From NCBI GenBank assembly GCA_965140445.1, contig OZ223236.1, forward strand, positions 928,001-992,000: a DNA stretch of 64,000 nt, read 5' to 3'. Source of the stretch: Candidatus Ozemobacteraceae bacterium. Its GTDB lineage: Bacteria > Muiribacteriota > Ozemobacteria > Ozemobacterales > Ozemobacteraceae. Shown piece by piece: positions 20,360-29,200 of this stretch. Under the pieces are notes generated by a model, which saw nothing but the letters and a program-made list of their open reading frames with translations, was not told where the DNA came from and ran no database searches. Within the stretch, counting starts at the first letter, position 1. Every line of letters begins with the position of its first letter. Made by a program: the position numbers and the translations under genes.

Positions 20360-21348
20360 CTTCGATTATCAGAAATAAAAATGGAATGGCTCTTTTGTCT
20401 GTGGTATTGCTTTCTGCTTTGCTGATTACCCTTTATCTTCGGTATATGGATGAGGCTGGTCTTCAGGCTCGAATTGATGCCGGGCAGGAGCAGATTCTGC
20501 AGGCTCGTTGGGCTGCGCTCGGAGGGGTTGAGTTTGCCATGAGCTTACTTTATTCAGATCGAAACCCAACAGATAGCTACGAGGAACTTTGGGCAAAACG
20601 GAGTGAAGAGACTTTTGAAAATCCACTTTTTATTGGCCAGGCGAGTTGTGCTGTAAAAATTATTGATGAATCTGGAAAGGCAAATATAAATCTGGCAAAA
20701 GAAGAATTTCTTGTTGCGCTGTTTAATTACTACGATTTCGCATTAAATGCTTCTGGAACTATTTTTGGGGAAGATATTAAAATTGGGGGAGCTAGAAGGC
20801 TTGCCCATCATATTCTGGACTATATAGATGAAGATGATTCTCCAAGAGCAATGGGAGCTGAAATTGAAGACTATAACCTGAGAGATATTGCTGGGCCAAG
20901 AAATGGGGCTTTGCAAGATATTAGAGAACTTTATAATATTCCTGGAATAACAAAAAGCATGATGGTTGCCTCTGGAACCAGACCTGGGCTGGGTGACCTG
21001 TTTACTGTTTTTGGAGATGGGTGGATAAATCTTAATTCTGCCCCAAAAGGCCTAATTCGAGCTGTTCCCGGGTTGCCCGAGGATTACAGTTATGCTCGAA
21101 GAGAAGAATATTATGAGAATTTGTTTAGATCAATTCCTTTTCAGGAACTTGCGGGATATACTAATTATGTCGTAGGTTTTGATTGGCATATAAGTAAGGA
21201 CTACACAAAGAAATTTGTAATTTTTACAAGCTGGTTTAGAATTGAAGCTCATGCGCAAATTGGCAAAACACATAGGTGGGCTACAGCAATTGTTAAGCGA
21301 GAACGAAATGGCGATAGTAGAATTGTGAGGCTGGTAGAAGTTCCTTGA
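20356..21348 (+). CDS. gspK: Minor pseudopilin K
   Basis: NG|MALLSV, IIDESGKANIN, ILDYIDEDD, INLNSA. Confidence 0.9.
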   Translation: MTSIIRNKNGMALLSVVLLSALLITLYLRYMDEAGLQARIDAGQEQILQARWAALGGVEFAMSLLYSDRNPTDSYEELWAKRSEETFENPLFIGQASCAVKIIDESGKANINLAKEEFLVALFNYYDFALNASGTIFGEDIKIGGARRLAHHILDYIDEDDSPRAMGAEIEDYNLRDIAGPRNGALQDIRELYNIPGITKSMMVASGTRPGLGDLFTVFGDGWINLNSAPKGLIRAVPGLPEDYSYARREEYYENLFRSIPFQELAGYTNYVVGFDWHISKDYTKKFVIFTSWFRIEAHAQIGKTHRWATAIVKRERNGDSRIVRLVEVP

Positions 21349-22517
21349 TCAAAAAATATTTAATTTATTTCTTAAAATCTGATAAAAATGGCGACTGGTT
21401 TGAGCTTGATGAATCAAATCAGCTTTTGCCAGTTTCCCAAAAAGATTTTGATGCCTCCGAAAGACACTCAGATACTGAATTTATTCTAATTTTACCTTCA
21501 GAGATTGGTATTCCGTTTTGTCTAAAACTGCCTTTTGGTGAGGTGGGTAAAATTGAAAAAGTGCTTCCCCAGCTTGTAGCTGATGAATTTCATTCTGTTA
21601 AAAGTGATTGGTTGTTTTCCTGGAAAACTTTAAAACTGGCCGAAGATGGAGATAAATCAAGTTGGTCTATTTTTGGATTAGCTTTCTCTCCAGAGTTTTC
21701 TGAGATCACAATAGGGAAGGACAATTCCTGGGCGCTTGCCATCCCAGACCTGTGGTTACTTAGTTCAGACTTTGCAGGAAAAGCATGTAATTTAATTTCA
21801 CCGGTAGGGAATAGGTGTGTGGTTTTTTCTGCTGATGGGTCTTTGCAGGCAGTTTTATCAGAGGATGGCGGGCTTCCGGTTCAGAGCTATATGGCTATGA
21901 ATTCTATTGAAAATTTACAAGATTTTGATTTGAGTAAAGCGCTTGAAAAATTTCGAAGCAAAATAGAAGAGTTGATAGAAGAACCTGAAAAGAAAGATCT
22001 TTCAGGAGTGAAAGCCAGACAGGGAAAAAAAGTGGTGAAATTGCTTGCAGCAGCTGCTTTTGTATTAATTATTGGAATAACATTGATATATCACTTTTTT
22101 TTATGGGGAGAGGGGATTAGGTATGAAATAGCAGCTAATCGCGTTTCTCAAAATGTTAATAAGGTTTTTGCTGAGTTGCTTCCAGGAATTCCTGTTGTTG
22201 AGCCTGTTAGCCAGATTAAACGCACCATTAGTGAGGCCGAGGCTACTATGAAAAGCGCGGCTGATGCCCCCAACTTTAATGTTGCATCAATTTTGAAAAT
22301 TTTGGTTTATGAGAGAGGCGGCACGATTACTTTAGAATCTGTTAAGGGTGAGGGGCGCATAATCAGGGTAGTCGGAACTTCAGGAAACTATCAGGATTTG
22401 AACGTTTTCAAAGAGAAGTTGTCTAAATCTGACTTTTTTGGTCTGGTTGAGATAAAAGAGTCTAGTATGACTGGAAATTCTTTAAGATTTGTCCTGGAGG
22501 GAAGATGGAAAAACTAA
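21345..22517 (+). CDS. gspL: T2SS protein L-like
   Basis: Cytoplasmic domain (LKLPF..IEKVLP), one TM, VVEPVSQIKR, PilN-like C-terminus; operon position. Confidence 0.7.
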   Translation: MIKKYLIYFLKSDKNGDWFELDESNQLLPVSQKDFDASERHSDTEFILILPSEIGIPFCLKLPFGEVGKIEKVLPQLVADEFHSVKSDWLFSWKTLKLAEDGDKSSWSIFGLAFSPEFSEITIGKDNSWALAIPDLWLLSSDFAGKACNLISPVGNRCVVFSADGSLQAVLSEDGGLPVQSYMAMNSIENLQDFDLSKALEKFRSKIEELIEEPEKKDLSGVKARQGKKVVKLLAAAAFVLIIGITLIYHFFLWGEGIRYEIAANRVSQNVNKVFAELLPGIPVVEPVSQIKRTISEAEATMKSAADAPNFNVASILKILVYERGGTITLESVKGEGRIIRVVGTSGNYQDLNVFKEKLSKSDFFGLVEIKESSMTGNSLRFVLEGRWKN

Positions 22518-23014
22518 CTTCCTGGTGGCAAAGTAGAAGTGTTAGAGATAAAAGGGCGCTTGTTGCACTTGGTCTGTTTTTGCCAGCATTAATGTTTTGG
22601 TATTTTGTTACTTTGCCTTTAATTGACAGGCTAAAAATTCAGAAGAGAATTTTAACAACCAAAAATACCCAGGCAGAAGAATTTCAAAAATTGTGTAATG
22701 ACCTTGTAAAAATTAGATCAAAAAAATCAAGTTTCAAATTAACCAGTTCTCCTAAAATTTTGGAAGAGGTTGAATCTATACTGAATAAGAACCCAGAGAT
22801 CAAGGGAAAATTTCTGATTAATCGTTCCAGTCTTTTTTTTGCTGGAAAGACTAATCCTGCAGCTGAGATCCGTTTTGAGGGGATGTCTTCTCAGAGTTTA
22901 CTAACTGGACTTAATGAAATTATAGGTGGGGGAGTAAAGTTTTCCAGGTTTGAAATAAAAAAAATGGGAAACTCAAAAAACTCACTTTCTGGATCTGCTC
23001 AAATTTACAAATAA
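22505..23014 (+). CDS. gspM: T2SS protein M-like
   Basis: WWQSRSVRDKRAL followed by a TM and coiled coil, typical of GspM. Confidence 0.75.
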   Translation: MEKLTSWWQSRSVRDKRALVALGLFLPALMFWYFVTLPLIDRLKIQKRILTTKNTQAEEFQKLCNDLVKIRSKKSSFKLTSSPKILEEVESILNKNPEIKGKFLINRSSLFFAGKTNPAAEIRFEGMSSQSLLTGLNEIIGGGVKFSRFEIKKMGNSKNSLSGSAQIYK

Positions 23015-23100
23015 AATTTATTTATTTTTACCAAAAAAACAATAAAAAACTTTCGCCAAAATAAATAAACAAAAACAAACAAAAAAAAGTGCTTATCCTC

Positions 23101-23130
23101 TTGATTTTCAGATTTTATAAGTGCTAAATT
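23101..23130 (+). promoter_or_regulatory. Putative sigma70 promoter of the giant surface-protein gene
   Basis: TTGATT-N18-TAAATT with an extended TGn, preceded by A-tracts (UP-element-like). Confidence 0.5.
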
Positions 23131-23278
23131 AAGTAACATAAAAAAATAGTGGGACCGACCAAAAATAGGCGGCTCTGAGAGAAGGAGGAAAACAAAAGAG
23201 AAGAAGGGAATTTTGGTTTTGTCCTTTCGCGCATTTAGAGATCACTCTATTGCAGGAATTCAGTAGGAGGTTAGGTGA

Positions 23279-26200
23279 ATGTCAGAAATTCGTTCACAGA
23301 AGAGCAGATTTTTAGCAGCTTTTTTTGCTATTTGTTTGCTGTTACCCGTGGCAGGTTTTTGTGCCGCAAATTTTTCCGTAACTGTTCGGAACCCACAAGG
23401 GAATCCGTTGTCAGGAGCTCAGGTTTATGCCTGGGATTATAATAATCTTTTTAACAAGGTTGGCCCTGTAACAACTAATTCTCAAGGTATCGCTACTTTT
23501 AGTTTGACAATAGCTCAAACTGCAGATAGCACAAGTAGTCCAAAGCCAAATATTGGTTTTCTTGCCGTTCCAGATAATGCCGCTGGAAACACCAATTATG
23601 CATTTGGAAGAGAAGAAGTTCTTTTCTATGATCTATGGGGAGGATCTATTGCTCCACCTGTGGATATGCAACTTGAAGAAGGATCTCTTGTTAGTCTGAT
23701 GCCGAAGAAAGACGGAGCTGTTGGCTTAGTAAGTCAGATGGAAATCTCAGTTCCTGGCGTACCTTATCAGGTAAAAACAATTATTGTGGGCGGATCAGAG
23801 ATTTCTGTTGCCACTCCTTCATATAATATTTACTGGCCAAAAATGACTCAGCTTAATGTCAGCCTTCGTGGTGATGGTAATTATTCTGACACTTACAAAC
23901 CTGAATATTATCTTTGGAAGGGCTTCTCTTTTAAAATTGAAGACCAGGCTTCATCAAGTTTTGTTTTGGACCACATGAAGGAAACTAAAGGGCAGATAGC
24001 ATTCAACCTGAGTCTCCCTTCTGAAGGTGCAATGGTTTATTATGATAACGGCGGATCATTGGGTTTTAATAACTTCAGAACGTTCGTTGGATCAACCACA
24101 CTTTATGTGCCACTTGGACTCTATAACTTTAAAGTTGTTCCGAGCAATAACTATGCTATAAATGTTTTCCCACAGCAATTGGTTACCTCTGCTTTGCAGA
24201 CTGTTGATGTGAATCTTGGGGATGGCTATGCTGTTACTGGAGCTGTTAATCTTGGAACTGCTGGAAATAAAGGCGCTCTTGCCAATGTTAAGGTTCTTGC
24301 AGAAGTAAAAGTTTCACTGGGTGGTTATGATAGCTGGATTCAGGTAGAACAGGCTAATCCTAGTTCCACAGATGGTTCTTTCTCCTTTGCACACAAATTT
24401 GCACCAGGAAACTACAGACTCAGAACCACTTATATTGCATATACTAATACATCAAGCTATGGTGTTGTAGATACTTATTCTACACCATGGGGATGCTACA
24501 GACATGCAACAACTCCTGAATTTACCGTGGCTGCCTCAAACATTACCCAAAATATCACAATGCCTCAGGCAACCGCATTTATGGCTACAGTTAAAGATGC
24601 AGCCAACAACCCTCTTCCTATGGTTAACTCTGTTGCCCCAGTTATGTTTGGTTTTATGCCAAAAGCTGGTCAGGAATATGGAACTGCAATTTCTAGCTAC
24701 AACATCTCTTATAATACAACTACTGGCGTAGCTTTTGCTCCGTTTATAGGAGAAGGCAATCTTGCAACCAGACTTGATATGCAAGATGTTCCAAACAATA
24801 AAGTATTCCAGAAGGTTTTTGCTCCATTTGCAATTCAACCAAATGTAACTAACGTTTCTTCTTACACAATTGATCCAAACAACTTTGTAACAGCAACTGG
24901 ATCTGTGTTTATTGGAAATGCTTCAGAACCATTTGGTGGAATGGGAACTATTAATGTTAGTCCGGTAGTTCCTGGTACCACTGTTTCTTCCAACAATGTT
25001 TTTAACCCATATGGAACTTATGGTGCTCAGCATCAGGATCTGAATGGAACTCCTGTTTATGCTTTCCAGCTTGAAAAAGGTGCTTCTTATGCCGTTAATG
25101 TAAAAGAACAAAGTAATTACAACAATGGCGCAGATGAATTTGCTGGATTGATTGGTTTTGTTCCTCTCAATACCATTATTAATGTTCCGGCAAACCAGAC
25201 CGAGCCTTACACTTTAAATGCTCCTGTAGCATTGGGTGGAAATTTCAATGGGCAACTCCTTATTGATGGACAAATTGTAACAAACGAGTCTGTTGGAATT
25301 GCTGTTGAAAATATCCCAGATGAAGATTATTCAAGCTGGTCCTGGAAATTTAGAAGAGTTGGCGTTGCCTCTCCAACATTCCAGGTTTCAGGTTTGCAGA
25401 CTGGACGCTATAAAATTGGTGTAAATCTTGACGGAATTCGCACTGATGCTCCTGTTTATGGAGTTCAGCAGAATCCATTGATTGCAAGGGAAATTTTCAT
25501 TGATGCCATGAACCCTCCTGCAGAACCTGTTAAATTAAACCTCAACACTGGTTTAATCGGATATGCTCAGGGTATGGTTATGGATGATAATGGTCAGCCT
25601 GTCGAAGGCCTGAAAATTGAAATTACTCAGGCTGAAGAAGTTGACCCAATGATGGCTGCTGATCCATATTATCAGCCAATGAAGGGAACTCCTGTATTCT
25701 ATTGTTCTACCAATGCACAAGGTGAAATAGTTCGTGGTGGAACTTCAAACCAGAACTTTATTCCTCTTGAAGCCGGTGATTATGCAATGTACATCGTTGG
25801 CATTGCATCTGAACCAGTAGGTTATAAATTTGGAGTCGAAGCCTACAGACCAGTTGCAAGCTTCAAGGTATTTCCAAATCAGGAAATCACTCCTGTATTC
25901 GCACAGATCGACAGAAAATATCCTGTCTCTGGAAGAATCACTGAGAATGGAACACCTCTGGCTTTCCTAAATTTCCAGGTTCTTAATCCTAATGGCGAAA
26001 ACCTTGGTTGGGGCTACACTGACGAAAACGGAGACTATCAGATTCCAGATGGAATTCCTGGTGGCGACGTTCAGCTTGGTATTGTAGTTGAGAAAGATGG
26101 AGCTCGCAGATTCTATCACGTTTGGAGAACTTTGCAGAGTGGACAAGCTAATGTTATGAACATTGAACTTGATCCTTCAACTTTGATTTCTCTTCAAATC

Positions 26201-29200
26201 AAAACAAAAGATTCTGCTGGAAACCCACTCGGAAGAGCTGGTGGCAATCTTTTCCTTCTATCTGAGCCTGAAAAGGGTCTGAGAGCCAAACATTGGTATC
26301 TCACATGGATGGAATCAGGAGATGAAGGTAATCTTAGTTTGCAAGTTCCTCCTCCACCAGAAGCTGGTTATGGTTACGCACTTGTTTCACAAGACAAGTG
26401 GATGGATGAACAGATAAACAAACCAGATGGATCGACGCAGATCGTTACTAAAAACTTTGCTGCACCTCCAATAACAATTCTTGATTTGGCTGCAACAGCA
26501 CCAATAGAATTGGTTTGGAAAATCCCAGCAAAAGTAACTGTTAATGCAAGCAATATTCCAACTGGAAAAGCTGGTAAATATCTTGGTGCTCTGTTACCTT
26601 ATGAAACCTTTCTTAAGGGCCCGGTTATGGATATGCACCAGTATACAAGTACTACTGGAGATCCATACGGAAATGAGTCCAGTGGACCAGTATATGCTAT
26701 CTATGATGGTAGTAAGTTTACTTTCGATAACGTAAGACCTGGCAAAGAATATGTTTTCATGTGTTATGAAACCATGGCCTATCTGATGCCGGAAGACGTA
26801 ATGTGGGCGAATGAGTTTTCGTGGAAAGCAATTTTCCGCCACATTAGTTCTAAATTTATGGTTGATTCTGACGAGTTAACTATTAATGAAACTTTCAGAA
26901 GCCTTGCCAACGTTGTTATTACTGCAACCCCTTCAGCTTCTCTAATTATGGAGCCTTCAGATGTAGTAATGGAATACTCTGATGATCCAATGCAGACTGC
27001 GGGTAAAATTGGTTGGCCAGTAATCAATAAGGGTTATGAATGGAGTCCAGGAGGCGATGCTTACATCGGATTCCCTCTACAGGTTCCTGAAAATTATGCC
27101 TATAGAATTGGTTTCAGCCCAGCAAACTCTTCTGATCCAGAAGCTAAAATGTTTCTTCCTAAATCAGATGAGGATGTAAGATTTGTTGCCAGTGAAACTG
27201 CGCAAATGCCAGCAACTTATACTATTCGCTTGAAAGCAATGGCTAAGATTTCTGGTCAGTTCCAATACGACTCTGCAATGTCAGAAGGTATTGTTGCAAT
27301 GTTCCCACAGGGTGCAGACTTAAGTGATGAAAATTTCCAGCCTTATGAAACTAATGCCATGGACGGAATGTATGAAATGTTCCTTCCGCAGGGATTCTTC
27401 ATGGGTTATGCAATTCCATTCACTGGTGGAGCTCCTGGTTTCATAAATGTTTCTATCGCTCCAGAAACTCAGCAAACAACTTTGAATATTAATGTTCGCC
27501 GTGGTGTTGCTGTTCATGGTGCTGTTGTTACAAAAGATGAAGCGGGTAATGATGTTCCTGTTTTCGATGCATCAATTGCTGTTATGAGAAAAGCCTCTGA
27601 CAGAAGTGATTTGATGGATGGACAGCAGTTTATTCCTTATCCTGTGATGCAGGCAGATAATATCTTCTATTGTGACCCAGAAGGTGGATTCTTCTTTGAA
27701 GTAGAAGATGGCGTTGACTATTATCTTCAGGCTATTGTTCCTGCTGGATTTAGACCAATGCAGCCTTTGAAAGTTTCAGTTGACGGCATAACAAGTGTTC
27801 CAGCTGAAGGCTTTAAGTTAACCGTAGCTGAAGGTGGAGAAATTTGGGGTAGTGTTAACATACCTGCATTTGTCGAAGCTGAAGCTTTTGGTAGCAATTC
27901 TGTTCAAAGCCAGTTTGGTAAAGAAGGTAAGTTCTATGCAGATGCTTCCAGAGTTGATCCGGTAACTCAGAGATACGAATTCAAGCTTCGTGGTCTTGAT
28001 AGAAACATGGTTTATGATATTAAAATCATTCCTATGGATCCTTCAAAAGCCGTTAAGCATGTTTCTCAGGTTCCTGTAACTCAGACTCCTTCAGCAAACA
28101 AAATTATGGCTGATCTCGGAGATGGTTATAGAGTTGTTGGTCAGCTTGTGGATGAGAATGGTCTTCCATTAGCTATTAAAGATGTTACAGTTAATCTTGC
28201 CATGACTCTTGGAATGCAAAACTATGATGCGATTGCAACTCCAACTACTGTTACGAACAAAATATTCAGAACAACTCAGAGCATAAGAGCCCAGGATCTT
28301 GGCACAGATCCAACCGAGTATGATCTTGGAGACGTTATGCTTGAAGGTCTTTGGGCAAGAACTGATTCTTATGGTCAGTTTGAATTCAAGAATGTTCCTG
28401 AATTCTTAACAGCATTTGTTAAAACAGATAATCCATTCACGCTTAATGGTATTGGTTATGCCAGAGGAAAAACTGATAATTTTGTTGCTTCGTTTACAAG
28501 CAATAGAATCATGGAAGTTCCTGTGATTATACCAATGGGCGGAAAAATCATTGGTCGCTTAAACGATGAGAATGGTCAGCCCATTAAGCAGGGTATGGTT
28601 GATGCAGGCTTTGGCGATTTCTGGGCAGATACCAAAGTTGATTCAAATGGTAATTTTGAACTAAAAGGATTGATTCCAGCTCCAAATTATATGTTGAATG
28701 TGCAGGAAGTTCCTGGACGCGCACCTATAATGAGACTTGGAATTCCAGTTGAGGCTGGCAGTACTACCAATGTTGGAGCAATTACGGTGGCCAAAGCGGT
28801 AGCTGTTAATGCTACAGCAGAAAACCTTCAGCCAATTGCCAGCGCTGCATTTGGATTTGGTATTCCTGAAGGACTCGGTTTGAGTGCAATTGCTCTTGAT
28901 GGAAAAATTGCTATAACAGATCAGGACCTTCTTGGTGGTAATTACATGGAATTCATTACCGGTGAAAATGAACTCTACTGGAATTCATTTGAAGTGCCAG
29001 CTTCGTTGCCAATGGTTCTCTTTACTGTTCCAGGAGCCAATAGCTTTGGTATGGTTCTTCATAAAGAAGATCTGGACGGTAACCAAACTCTTGTTACATG
29101 GTCATGGAAGCCTGGAGTTGTAGTTCCTACGGAAGAACAGCTTGGTACTGGAACTTTCACTGTTCCTGGTGCTTTAAATTGTCCAACTTTGTTTGGTTCA

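Noticed and set aside
4697..23090. AAACAAACA-like tracts at ~4700, ~11325 and ~23070 as a shared operator
   Set aside because: Low-complexity A-rich promoter DNA; cannot be distinguished from UP elements or chance.
23140..23240. Glycine or c-di-GMP riboswitch in the giant-gene leader
   Set aside because: Only GAAGGAG resembles the glycine aptamer. The GGAGA and CUCUCAGG elements and the c-di-GMP-I signature are missing.
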